Source: Podarcis muralis | Taxonomy: Eukaryota | Direction of reading: 5' to 3' | DNA: 64,000 bases | Assembly (NCBI RefSeq): GCF_964188315.1 | Contig: NC_135668.1 | Span: forward strand, 14,260,001-14,324,000 | Shown here: one piece after another, positions 1-12,056 of the stretch | Layout: every line of letters begins with the position of its first letter | How positions within the stretch are numbered: the first letter of the stretch is position 1 | Made by a program: the position numbers and the translations under genes | The notes under the pieces: generated by a model | What the model was told of the DNA's origin: nothing | What the model saw: the letters and a program-made list of their open reading frames with translations, nothing else | Databases searched by the model: none

Positions 1-989
1 CATCTCAACCAGGAGTTCCTAGAATTTGTCCTCAGCAGTACATAAAGAATGGTGCTTAAATACCCCTAGTATTTGTCTTCATGCTACTTGGCACATGCAA
101 CATAAGAGTAGGGCTACAGTCCCACTTCCTATTTACATGTTTATTTTACACACAAGTAGAATGCCAGCATAGGGCTACATTCTCTATAAAAAGCATGAAT
201 GATCTCGTGATTTTTGCACCAGCTTTTAGGAAACTGCTTAATGAACATAGACACTGTTCTGCTGCTTCACGTCAAAAAGTCTTGACCAATTGAGTATATC
301 GCCTGCCAACTGTATCCCAGCTAGATAACCCTGTGAAGCTCAAAAGCAGAGCATCCTCCGTTGTTTCTCTACAGCACCTGGTTCTAAAGAGCTATGTGGA
401 GTCAATATGGCAAACTGTCCCTCCAAGGGGCGTAAAGACACAAAAGCAGAATCCAGAACAGCTCAACAAGGACTGAGCACGCTCAGTGGCTACAGAATGT
501 TGAGTGTGTTAAACTATGGCTAGGCAGCAAAACAAGACTTTGTTAGAATGTCGCTGAAGATTAGTTTGGGAAGTCTGTAAAAAACGATGTAAGATAAAAT
601 GTATATGGTGCGCTGTTAAAACTGAAAATGCATGGGGGAAAAACAACCAACAACAGAATGTTGAGTGTCTGTTGGAATAAAAAATGGAAAATGGGAGTTT
701 GCAGAATAGAATGGAGCAATCTAAAAGGCAGCTGGCTGGTTGGCATGCTAAAGAAAAGCACTCGACACTGCAACGTCTTGTTGGAGGTCCCACTTGCCAA
801 TTGGTCTACATCCTAATGGCAAATCCCATGGCAAATATAATTATGCAATGAGTGAAGAAATACTTTTTAAAAATTTATATTTTAGGTCAAACTAGGTGTG
901 ATGTTTGTCATGTAGTCTGCCCAGGTGTGCTTGAGTACTTCCTTACTCTCTTTAAAAATATATATCCCACTTTTAACCATCTAGGCATC

Positions 990-1457
990 TTCACATCTGA
1001 AGGTGGCCCTGTTTAGGGAAGTTTTTAATGTTTTACAGTGGTGCCTCGCAAGATGAAATTAATTCGTTCCGCGAATTTTGTCGTCTTGCGATGTTTTTCG
1101 TCTTGCGAAGCACGGTTTCGGGAAAGTTTTGGAAAAGCTTCAAAAATCACCAAAGTCTTAAAAAACCTCAAAAAAGGCTACCACATGAGTTGCTCCTCGA
1201 AGTCAAGTCGCAACTGTATTAACGGTGTTAAGGAAACAAACTTGCAAGACATTTCCGTCTTGCGAAGCAAGCCCATAGGGAAAATCGTCTTGTGAAGCAG
1301 CTCAAAAAACAAAAAACCCTTTTGTCTAGCGAGTTTTTTGTCTTGCGAGGCATCGTCTTGCGAGGTACCACTGTATTGTGTTTTTAATACTCTGTTGCGA
1401 GCCGCCAGAGTGGCTGTGGCAACCCAGTCAGATGGGCGGCATACAAATATTATTATT
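990..1457 (+). mobile_element. L2-type LINE 3' end, interrupted by a MITE
   Basis: gccctgtttagggaagtttttaatg...gatgggcgg...(att)n tail shared with copies at 9258, 21279 and 30249. Confidence 0.75.
1036..1373. mobile_element. Tc1/mariner-type MITE
   Basis: TIR cagtggtgcctcgcaaga / tcttgcgaggtaccactg; TA duplication. Confidence 0.85.
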
Positions 1458-1696
1458 GGTCTCAAAGTGACTTACAACAATAAAACATGCAGAATTAAAA
1501 ACCTAAAGAATTTAAATTCTATTTTAAAAGCAAAACCCAAACACTTCAAATAGCTTGTACAGGCAGAAGTGCAACTCCTCTTTCCCCTCATGGTTCAAAC
1601 AAAAGAGCAAATACAAAACCTTTTGGTTGGGGTCGGGGGGTTAGCGTGTTAAATTCTGAAACGAAATGCTTAATTTTCACCAAAAATCAAACTTAC

Positions 1697-1907
1697 TTTA
1701 TTTAAATCTTCATGTAGACCATCCATTAAGAACAGAAGCAATTCTTGAGAGTCTTGCTGGCTGTACCCTGCAAATTGGTCATTGATCTTCCCAATGGTAA
1801 ATTTAAAGTCTTTTGGACTGATATATCTGTATTGTCCGGTCCAGAGAGCTTTCACAATAATGCCAAACTCCTCTGCAATTTCACCTTTGTGCCCTAAGAA
1901 ATTTGAC
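1697..1907 (-). CDS. USP8: USP8 exon 16 (USP catalytic domain, SNFLGHKGEIAEEFG...QQDSQELLLFLMDGLHEDLNK)
   Basis: 211 nt; acceptor ttatttgcag, donor gtaagt; contains the QQDxxE box. Confidence 0.96.
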
Positions 1908-2369
1908 CTGCAAATAACAAGAGAGTTTAATGGCTGACACCGTTTTTAGAGACATAATTATCTGAAACAAACAGAATGCTGTCACTTGCATGTTTATCCT
2001 TATTCCCCGAGTGAAGCAATATATACATCAATAGTAAAACACTGACTAAGTCAATATATTCTGCCTACTTTGGAGAATGCTGTATGGCCCCTCGCCTTCA
2101 AAGAGGCCAGGCTGGCTGGAACATGGAAGAGGGTATTAAGAACATAAGAAAAGCAGTTCAGCTCAGTTAAACATCCAGCTAGTTCAGAGCTTTGAGGACT
2201 TAAAGAGAAGTCACTTGATCCAAGGACATATCTATTGACCTATTGCGACCTCTTTTTCTTAATGGTGTCTGCTCCTGCTCAGGCTGCCCAGAAAAAGCAA
2301 TTTGGTTCCAGAAATTCATTCTGATTGTGCAGATAAAATATGACTGATAGAATTCTACAGGATGGGGTA

Positions 2370-2715
2370 AAAAGGTAAAGGGACCCCTGACCATTAGGTC
2401 TAGTCATGGCCGACTCTGGGGTTGCGGCGCTCATCTCGCTCTATAGGCTGAGGGAGCCGGCTGAGGGAGCTGGTCATGTGGCCAGCATGACTAAGCCGCT
2501 TCTGGCGAACCAGAGCAGCACACGGAAACGCTGTTTACCTTACCGCCGGAGTGGTAACTATTTATCTACTTGAACTTTGACATGCTTTTGAAGTGCTAGG
2601 TTGGCAGGAGCAGGGACCAAGCAACGGGAGCTCACCCCGTTGTAGGGATTCAAACCGCCTTCTGATCGGCAAGTCCTAGGCTCTGTGGTTTAACCCATAG
2701 CGCCACCCACGTCCC
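2370..2715 (-). mobile_element. Sauria SINE, full length
   Basis: (acctt)n-type tail, tRNA-derived head; 15-bp TSD ctacaggatggggta (2355-2369 and 2715-2729). Confidence 0.9.
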
Positions 2716-2969
2716 TACAGGATGGGGTATTAGGGTGCAAAAAACAGTCCAGATCCAACGATCCCCAGATGGTGGAGATGTCAGGTCCCATCCTGGTGCC
2801 CAGGCAACTTCACTTGGTCGCAAGCGGCTGAAAGCCAGATTTAAAATGTGCCTGGGGCCTGGCTAATTTCGAACACTGCTCACACTGGTCAACCAGATGC
2901 CTACAGAAAGCCCACTACAGAAAGCTCTCTCCTCCCTTGTGACTCCCAGGAACTAGCATTCAGAGACTT

Positions 2970-3425
2970 CTTCTTTGGCGATTACTCGTAGCCGAGTAAG
3001 ATTGTCTTCCATAAACACGGTTTTAACAATGAGTCCGTAAGTGACTGTGGAGGCCAATTCTGGATCCACATGTCCTTCCGCAGTGGGGACATTAGTTTCT
3101 GGGCGGGAGTTGATCATGGTGTGGATTTGCCAAGTGTGTCTTCCTCCTAGCACGTTTCTCCCTTGTATCCTGAGTTCGAGTGTCTTCAAAGCCCATGACA
3201 CCTTTGGTCAAGGCTGTTCTCCAACTGAAGCGCTCGCAGGCCAGTGTTTCCCAGTTGTCAGTGTTTATACTACATTTTTTAAGATATGCCTTGAGACAGT
3301 CTTTAAACCTCTTTTGTTGACCACCAGCATTATGCTTTCCATTTTTAAGTTCGGAATAGAGTAGTTGCTTTGGAAGACGATCGTCAGGCATCCGCACAAC
3401 ATTGCCTCAGGCAGCGGAAGCAGAA
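2970..3425 (-). mobile_element. RTE-clade LINE 3' fragment
   Basis: ORF 3092..3397 RMPDDRLPKQLLYSEL...WETLACER, followed by CPHCGRTCGSRIGLHSHLRTHC. Confidence 0.85.
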
Positions 3426-3910
3426 CACAGCCATTCTCCACTACAGGGCCCAAGATGTGGAACTACCTGCCCCAAGAGATCTGCTTAGCTATCACTTGGT
3501 CACACTGTCCAGAAAAGGGCTTTGCCTTGTTTGGCTGATGGTATTTATTTTTTAGAGCTGATGCACGTTAATCTGCTGTATTCCGTTTGATGTTTTGTTG
3601 TTTTCATATTTTGTTTCGTATTTGCCTTAGCCGCTTTCGAGATAAAAGGAGCAAGGCAGTAGATATAAGAGTAAATAAACCAAACCTTGCTTAAAGATAA
3701 ATCATGTCTATGGCTGTTCAGTTCCTGGATGGGAGATGCCCTGGGAAGACTAGGCCTACTGCCTTAAGTTCCGAGATAAATGTGCTAAATAAAATAAATG
3801 CCACTACGATTTCACTAAAGCAGCATATCTAAATATATGAAACAAGTTTCGCACTCAGCTGTGTGTTAATGGAAGCAGTCAAACAAACAAGCAAATAAAT
3901 AAATAAATAC

Positions 3911-4123
3911 CGGTTGATATCATCTTGATACAAGTTTCTGTTGAAATAATCAGCCAAGTGCGGGGCATTACACAGGCACTGTAACACAGAGTTCATATAG
4001 CAAGTGTTTCCCAAATTACGGAGGCCGGTCAGAGCTGGTCCCATTCCACCAAATACAGGGTTGAGATTACGAATCTGAGACGCAGAGAGCCTTGAGATTT
4101 CAGTTTTAGGATAGCTTACTGGT
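3911..4123 (-). CDS. USP8: USP8 exon 15 (catalytic Cys box, [23 protein letters not shown])
   Basis: 213 nt; acceptor tttccttacag, donor gtattt. Confidence 0.96.
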
Positions 4124-4657
4124 CTGTAAGGAAAGAGGTACTATTAAAGAATGAAATGTATTTTCATGCTTTTTAAAAAAAATCCGAGCCGAATCAGTCT
4201 CTATGGTGTCACTAGCATGTCTCTCATGAATCAGTGGAACAAAAGTGAGTTTCCAGAAATCTGTAGGAATAGACAAGTATGCGCTATATAATATTAACTG
4301 CAGCCTTTTTCATTTTAGTGAGGTGGCAACGCCTTTTTTTAAAAAAGGTTTAAGTGCTTTTGTTACATATGCCACTGCAAAATTTTACTTTGTAGAGTAG
4401 AATATTAATACAGATTAATACAGATTTAACCTTCTCTGTCTGCTTGACTCTCTTACGAGACTTTGAAGTGCTTAACTTTGTCTTGATGATGCCCAACTCA
4501 TTCAGATTATAAATACTAAAGAATACTCGAGAGTATTAGTGATACCTTGCTTCTTTCAGATAACAAGGTATCCTTGCCCTAGCAAGCTATAAGTTTTAAA
4601 AGAATCAGGCTTTCGAAGGATGGAAATGAAATGCTGAACAAATAGTTTGTGTGTGTG

Positions 4658-5016
4658 CTAGGGCCGAGTGATATCAACGCCAGCTAAACATCATGATATA
4701 CTGATATGCATCACAATGTCTGAAATAAGGATGTAACTACGTAGCAACTGCTACTACTTAGGGGTCAAAAACTGATACGTTTTTACTTACTGTTAACATA
4801 TTGTTGCAACTGTTATTTTATAGTACAGAGCAAGAGGGGTGGCAAGAATCAGGAGAAGCGATGATTGGCTTTCCCCATATCACAATTTTTTACATAGCGC
4901 GCACACACACACACACATCGTGATTTACGATGTATTGCCATGTCAGATATTATGAAATCGATATCACGATGTGGACTTCAAACTTATTCTGGACAATATA
5001 TTGAAACAACAGCCAG
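4658..5016. mobile_element. Degraded DNA-transposon/MITE remnant
   Basis: gatatc/atcacgat-rich subterminal repeats; decayed tagggc...cagcc ends. Confidence 0.35.
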
Positions 5017-5399
5017 TCGTATGTGGGTGGGCATGTATATGTGTGTGTTCATACACACACTTAAAAGGCTTGCATCAGATTTGTCCTAACCAGCTTTTAT
5101 GGGAATAAACACGTCTCTGCAATATCTACATTGCGCGTATGTGGGGGAACCTTTGGCGCCCCAGATAAACGGAAGCTCCCATCAGCTCCAGCAACCATGG
5201 CTAAGGATGATGGGAGTTGCAGTTCAGCAACATCTAGACAGCCAAAAGTCCCCCGCACCAGACATGGTGGAACGTAATCACACAAATGGTAAACATTTCT
5301 AATCCTTCACATATTTCACTAACTGTAAAAGACATTTTTAGCAGGTACCCTAGAAAAGCAAGTCTTATAAAACCGTTTGTGAGTTTCCAGCAGACGTAC

Positions 5400-5662
5400 T
5401 TGTTCTCACGGTTGATAGTAGGCTTGACGGTGATTTTCTTTGTGTCTTCCTCTTGAATGGCCTGGGTTATGTCTGGCGAGGAGTAAGAGCGCTTCAATTT
5501 GGAATGTTCCCTTTCCCGCTGATCAACAGCCTGAGTCTTTGGTTTATGTGTTGGCGGGGTCGATGGTGGAGTGGCTGACTGAGTCATTTCTGGTGGATAC
5601 ATGTGAACTGTATTCGTTGGAGTGTGGTAGTAACGAAAAGTCCCCGTGACTGGCTCCAGAAA
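5400..5662 (-). CDS. USP8: USP8 exon 14 (WW-like C-half, 14-3-3 motif RSYSSP, PTINRENK)
   Basis: 263 nt; FLEPVTGTFRYYHTPTNTVHMYPP...KLKRSYSSPDITQAIQEE; acceptor catgaag, donor gtacgt. Confidence 0.95.
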
Positions 5663-5985
5663 CTTCATGTGACATGTGCACAAAGAGAAAAGGGAGCAAG
5701 TTATATGACAACTGCAAAGATTGCACAGTCACTTTTGAAATTCGTATTTCTTTCCCAGCATAACCCAGATGGAAAAGTATTATAATGGCCTCTAGAGTGA
5801 CGTAATATTGGCATATTATTGGCTTGCGCCACTCTTCTCAGTCTTACAGGTTTAACTTCTGGGTCCAATTATATGGCCATTCCCATATTTTTCTCAACAT
5901 CCAAACAGCAAATATAAAAATGGGTTCAGCGCAAGAGTGTTCACAAGCAGAAAAAACCCAGAACATCAGAAGACATTCCACTCAC

Positions 5986-6066
5986 CTTGACCCAACCAAG
6001 TGGCAGTCCTGGTATTATCCTCCCCATCTCCTCACTTCGTGCCCTTGTTAGTGGCTCCCGCTGAGA
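5986..6066 (-). CDS. USP8: USP8 exon 13 (SQREPLTRARSEEMGRIIPGLPLGWVK)
   Basis: 81 nt; acceptor ttcttttcag, donor gtgagt; absent from the ORF track because it is short. Confidence 0.95.
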
Positions 6067-6576
6067 CTGAAAAGAACAACACAGATCAAAACTGTGGGTC
6101 TTAAAAGATACATACCTACTTTGGCTATCCTCAGCATTTTGCAGGCTTTCTGCATAAAGGAGATTATGTGTTTTAAAAATTCAAAAAGTTCAAGTTATCA
6201 ATGTTTGGGGCTAGTGCAAAACACCATCCTGTTGCACATTCAAAAATCCAAGCAGACAGGATGGTTACTTCACACTACGTTAGATACAAGCCACTGTATC
6301 TATTGGGTTGTATTCCACTCAGTCCTACTCAGAGCTGACAGACTGAAATTATTAAACCTAGGTTAGACATGTCAATCAATTTCTATAGGTCTACTCTGAG
6401 AAGGACTACCACTGGCTGCAACCCATTACTATTATTTATGAAAAATAAAACATTGAAATGCATTTTATGAAATGTAACACAAACAGTTACATGACAACGA
6501 ATGTAAATTGAGGCCATGTTATGACATTGGCACTAGGTTTCAGCAGCTAGACACAGACACCTCACAGTGAATTTAC

Positions 6577-6666
6577 TTTAGTTTTTTCAGAGTCTTGTTC
6601 AGTATCATCTCTAATGGCTTCTGGCTTTTGGGTGTCTCTTTCTGGTTGTCCTGTAACCCCAGTCTG
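6577..6666 (-). CDS. USP8: USP8 exon 12 (QTGVTGQPERDTQKPEAIRDDTEQDSEKTK)
   Basis: 90 nt, phase 0-0; acceptor cttttacag (tandem CAG|CAG), donor gtaaat; resembles human GQPESG...DTDDTERNK as recalled. Confidence 0.85.
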
Positions 6667-6893
6667 CTGTAAAAGATTTTGAAAGAGAAACTTTCAGTTT
6701 TCATTAATTAATTTATCAAGCTCCAAAACGCCTCAGTGTTAGTATAACATGACTGCAATACACAACAGGATCACATAAAATAGCACTTTACTCTGGATGA
6801 ATTGCTACGGAGTACAAAGACACCCAAAACAAAACACTGGCGAATTTGAAGATGTATTTCAAAGTGAAAATTGCTAGCTGCGTGAACTGTATA

Positions 6894-7120
6894 CAGTGGT
6901 ACCTCGGGTTACATACGCTTCAGGTTACAGACTCCGCTAACCCAGAAATAGTGCTTCAAGGTTAAGAACTTTGCTTCAGGATGAGAACAGAAATTGTGCT
7001 CCGGCGGTACGGGAGCAGCAGGAAGCGCCATTAGCTAAAGTGGTGCTTCAGGTTAAGAACAGTTTCAGGTTAAGTACGGACCTACGGAACGAATTAAGTA
7101 CTTAACCCGAGGTACCACTA
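6894..7120. mobile_element. Tc1/mariner-type MITE (cagtggtacctc family)
   Basis: TIR cagtggtacctcgggtta; TA TSD. Confidence 0.88.
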
Positions 7121-8014
7121 TATAAGGAATATAATTTTCTAAGACTCACACGTAACTAGCCAAAACTGCCCTGTAAGAAAATTGCTCCAAAACCTCTGGA
7201 TTCTCAGCCCTTGAAAAACTCTGCTGAACATGCTTGGTATCGCTGCTAGTGAGCAGTTTATGTTTCAGTCAGATATTTGTGGGGGGTTTTTCCCAATGCA
7301 CAATATGTCCAAGGAGAATATTGAATATGCCAACGCTTGCCAATCTTAGATCTTCTCATCTGAAACACCTCTTAGTTCCTCAGGGATTTTTTCTCTTCCA
7401 AGAAAGCAGCAAGTCATGATCAGTAAAAATGATCAGTAAAAACAACAACAGTGGCAAGCCATTTCTATGTGTATCTGCTTTTGTGGGGTGGGGAGGAAGA
7501 GCAAAACTCCTTAATCAGCAAATCCTGTAAATGAATGGGTATTTCACCAGTGTTTTAGTTTAAGAAAGGGTGGCAAAGCTGTGGTCAGTGGGCCTTACAG
7601 CTTCCAGGAGGGGTTTTGTGGCCTGTAGAGACCACCAATGTTTTCTTGTGGCAAGGATTAAAAAACAAAACCCTCTGAATCACCACTGTCTTCCTTTTTT
7701 TTTTAACCCTCTGTTGTGTTTTCAGCATCTGCTGCCTCCTGCTCTACAAAACACCTAGCAATCACGTCTGTGCTACTCTAACCTTATGCAGATGCCTGAA
7801 AATGTGGAAAGGTGGGTGGCTTAGTGCCTTCCCGGGAGCCATGAGTGACATGATAGGTTTACTCACCCCTCTACCACATGCAGCAGAGTAGTGGGGATGG
7901 GTGTGTGGGAAGCCCAATGTTCCTGCTGTGTGAAAGGTTCGCAGGAAGGTTTCATGTGCGAGATAAGGGAATCTATGGGAGCTTCATTAAAACCTCTCAA
8001 GCCCTTTCCCTATT

Positions 8015-8370
8015 AAGGTAAAGGTAAAGGGACCCCTGACCATTAGGTCCAGTCGTGGCCGACTCTGTGGTTGCGGCGCTCATCTCGCTTTATTGGCCGA
8101 GGGAGCCGGCATACAGCTTCCGGGTCATGTGGCCAGGATGACTAAGCCACTTCTGGCAAACCAGAGCAGTGCACAGAAACGCCGTTTACCTTCCCACCAG
8201 AGCGGTACCTATTTATCTACTTGCACTTTGACATGCTTTTGAACTGCTAGGTTGGCAGGAGCAGGGACCGAACAACGTGAGCTCACCCCGTCACGGGGAT
8301 TCAAACTGCCAACCTTCTGATCGGCAAGCCCTAGGCTCTGTGGTTTAACCCACAGAGCCACCCGCGTCCC
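8015..8370 (-). mobile_element. Sauria SINE, full length
   Basis: TSD tttccctatta on both sides. Confidence 0.9.
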
Positions 8371-8578
8371 TTTCCCTATTAGGAATGTGAAAATTCACTA
8401 GTCTGCCTTTCTCCCTCCACGATTCACCTCAGTTGGGAACTTGCCTCCTGATAGGGCTGGAGCTGAAACAGTAAAGGTGCCTCTCCGGCTCAGATAGAAT
8501 TACTCATTTTCAGGGGGGAAAGGGAAGACTCTTTAGACAAAGCAAGATGCTTGCCTTTTATGCCCATGAATTGCTCAC

Positions 8579-9187
8579 CTTGCCTGAGCCAGAATCCACC
8601 CTCATGGAGGCCCGGGACTCCTCTGCAAATCTGCGCCTCTGCATTTCTGGTGTCCAGGTAACCTTGTCTTTTTCACCCACAACAATTTTATCAGTGTCCG
8701 GTTTTCTGACTTCAGGGGATTCATTTTCGGTCCTGCTTCCTTTTTTCATGTCTGTGAGCTCCTTGGGCGCATTCTCCACCTCTTGCTTCTCAGCTGCCCC
8801 TTTGTTGGCCGGCTGGTCTTTTTCTCCCTTCTCTTTCTCTTTTGCTTTCTGGAGGGGCTCCCTGCCTTCCTTCTCCCTCTGTTCCTCTCTCGTTCTCTGC
8901 TCTTGTTCTTGCTTCTCCTGCCTCAGCTTCTCCCTCTGTTCTTCCTGTTGCTTCTCCTGCAGTTCTTTTTCTTGCTTGCTTTTTTCCAACTGGGAAGCCT
9001 TTTCCGCTGGTAGGTGGCCCTTCTCCTCCTCTCGCAGACTGGCCTTAGCATCCAAGGGAGGCTTTGTGGAACGATCTGGAACCACTCTGCCATTTGAAAT
9101 GAGCTGCTTGCCAATGGTTGGGCTTTCAGCTCTTGGCCTGTTATCAGCGTCTGGTATTTTTGCTGAAGGCTTTTTTGTACGATCAAT
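8579..9187 (-). CDS. USP8: USP8 exon 11 (IDRTKKP...charged coiled-coil...DSGSGK)
   Basis: 609 nt (203 codons); acceptor ccctttcag, donor gtgagc; lies within ORF 8558..9250. Confidence 0.96.
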
Positions 9188-9257
9188 CTGAAAGGGCAAA
9201 AAAGTTAAATAGACATATTTTGGTAAGATTTGCAAGCGGCGTTCCCTCAAAGATCAC

Positions 9258-9970
9258 TTAGTGCCAACATTCTGTCAGCTGTCCATGGAGGCGCAGGTCA
9301 ATTTTGTATCCAGGGCAGCCGTTTACCAGCTCCATCTGGTACGCAGGCTGAGACCCTACCTGCCCATGGACTGTCTTGCCAGAGTGGTGCATGCTCTAGT
9401 TATCCCCCGCTTGGACTACTGCAATGCGCTCTACGTGGGGCTACCTTTGAAGGTGACCCGGAAACTACAACTAATCCAGAATGCGGCAGCTAGACTGGTG
9501 ACTGGGGGCGGCCGCCGAGACCACATAACACCGGTCTTGAAAGACCTACATTGGCTCCCAGTACGTTTCTGATCACAATTCAAAGTGTTGGTGTTGACCT
9601 TTAAAGCCCTAAACGGCCTCGGCCCAGTATACCTGAAGGAGCATCTCCACCCCCATCGTTCAACATGGAAACTGAGGTCCAGCTCCGAGGGCCTTCTGGC
9701 GGTTCCCTCCCTGCGAGAAGTGAGCTTACAGGGAACCAGGCAGAAGGCCTTCTCGGTAGTGGCGCCCGCCCTGTGGAACGCCCTCCCATCAGGTGTCAAG
9801 GAAAAAAACAACTATCTGACTTTTAGAGGACATCTTAAGGCAGCCCTGTTTAGGGAAGTTTTTAATGTATGACATATTAGTGTATTTTTGGTCTTTGTGG
9901 AAGCCACCCAGAGTGGCTGGGGAAACCCAGCCAGATGGGCGGGGTACAAATAATAAATTATTATTATTAT
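9258..9970 (+). mobile_element. L2-type LINE 3' fragment (RT C-terminus plus 3' UTR)
   Basis: ORFs 9261..9572 (PRLDYCNALYVGLP...HWLPVRF) and 9585..9872; (att)n tail. Confidence 0.88.
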
Positions 9971-11207
9971 TTTTCTCTACTACTCACTTTTATGGTTTTA
10001 CAAAGGTATTTTAGTCTGGGCAAAAGTATTTATTTATTCATATCCTGCCTTTTCTCCTGAAGTAACCCAGGGCAGCAAACACATCAATGATAATATACAA
10101 TTTATAAAAACAGTTAAAAACTTCTTTAAAAAACCACACAATCAACTACTTTCATAGCTAATAATTTCAGGGTTGCCAACAACAGATCTTTCAGCCACAA
10201 AATGCACTGATAAACAGGAATGTTTTTAGACCCTTCCTAAAAGTTAGTAATGAGGGAGAATATACTACAACCCTAATGCAAACCTGCACACGATTGGGGT
10301 GGGAGGAATTATGCTTGTATGGCCTAGCCAGTTTTATTTGAACATTTGTTTTCTGCTCATCCTGGGATATTAAATCCTCAGTTGCCCAGAATCAGGTCTT
10401 GCTGTAGTAAGAGAAGTGAGAAAACCCCATCCGCTTCCCAGGGAGAACCTACAGGGGTGGTTAGGTGAGAAATACCTGAACACGCATTGTAGTTGCGGAG
10501 CATTTGCATTTCTAAGATGAACAATTCTCCTCCCCTAAATGTTATTCATTAAATTTATTAAATACTTCCCATATAACTCCCCAAAGCAATTTAACAGTAG
10601 GAAAAATCCCCACACATAAATACAATTTCAATCCAGCACTGATAAAATCTGAGACAAAAATCTCCACTCAAACAACTTGTCTTCAACTGTCACTGGTGTG
10701 ATTTTTATGCTCATATGGCTCTGCTGCTTATTATTATTGCTTTTCTGAGTATTTGTTTTACTGTTTTAATGGTCTTGTTATCTGCCTTGGAAGCGATAAT
10801 GCTGAAAAGAGCATTGGAAATTTCCAAACAGAAGCCAATTTTGACTGCTTCCAAAGTCTCTTGTAGTGAGACTCAAGTAGGTTTGCTCTGCCAGTTAAAG
10901 AGAATCACCCAGCAGGTTACGCAGGCCTAAGGTTTATGACTTTTGTCCATGCAGAACAAGGTCTTTTCTTCCCCAACCAGTTACCAGGGTCTTTCCTTCA
11001 TATTTCTTAGCAAGGCAGCTGGAAACATTTACAGGATAGCTATTTCACCTTGCAATTATTGTATTACAGTGCAGACCTTTCCTCTCTCTTAGTATTTCAG
11101 AAAAAGCAGGCTCATCCTATCTGTAGCAATTCTATAAAATAAGGCAAAAAGGTGGCCCTGTTATGTCACAGACCAAGTAGAAAGTTTTTTTCTTGCTAAG
11201 AATCACT

Positions 11208-11461
11208 CAAGGTAAAGGTAAAGGTACCCCTGCCCGTACGGGCCAGTCTTGCCAGACTCTAGGGTTGTGCGCCCATCTCACTCAAGAGGCCGGGGGCCAG
11301 CGCTGTCCGGAGACACTTCCGGGTCACGTGGCCAGCGTGACATCGCTGCTCTAGCAAGCCAGAGTCGCACATGGAATGCCGTTCACCTTCCCGCTAGTAA
11401 GCGGTCCCTATTTATCTACTTGCACCCGAGGGTGCTTTCGAACTGCTAGGTTGGCAGGTGG
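11208..11461 (-). mobile_element. Sauria SINE (second subfamily), 5'-truncated, adjacent to the USP8 exon 10 donor
   Basis: 9-bp TSD agaatcact (11199-11207 and 11462-11470). Confidence 0.88.
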
Positions 11462-11473
11462 AGAATCACTAAC

Positions 11474-11706
11474 CTGAGGAATAATCTTTACTGCAGACAC
11501 TGGTTGGACTATGGCAGGTATGTTTTCAGACTTAGCAGGAGTAGCAGTTGATCCACAAGGAGCTGGTGGTTGAAACGTGTCCACTCTCTCCTCTTGATCA
11601 TTTGCAATATTAGGTCTTTCGGTAACTTCCACCACAGAAGGTTTTACATGGACAACAGGTACTGGAGGTGGAGCTGGTTCTTCCAAAGATGGGTAAGTAA
11701 AATCCA
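11474..11706 (-). CDS. USP8: USP8 exon 10 (DFTYPSLEE...KIIPQ)
   Basis: 233 nt; acceptor gcatgtttcag, donor gttagt. Confidence 0.94.
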
Positions 11707-12056
11707 CTGAAACATGCAAAGAAGGTTATGCTTTTGTTTTAAGAAATTTTTGTAGGAGAGTTAGGAGAAATAATGTACGTTTAAATGAACTGTTACCCAA
11801 ATGTGTCTCCTCCTCTGCCACAGTCAATATCCGTTTTGGAGGAACACTTCTTGGTTCTGCCCTTTTGAGAGATTACACCAGGTATGGAGAAAATCCAGCA
11901 TGCAAACTTACCCTGGCCCTGCTAAGGGCGTTTCCCAAACTATGCCCACCTGCTGATGTCGCTGGGGATGTCGGTTGATGGGTGGGAAAACAGGGGTTTT
12001 CTCTCCCAATAGAGATCAGGATCACCCAGCCTAGAGAGCAGGATTTAATCTCTACT

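Noticed and set aside
1-1696. Remaining USP8 exons (17-20)
   Set aside because: No frame resembling the His-box region or ADNRKR...; presumably beyond the left edge.
8547-9191. 214-aa Ser/Leu/Phe/Cys-rich plus-strand ORF
   Set aside because: Antisense shadow of the Glu/Lys-rich USP8 exon 11.
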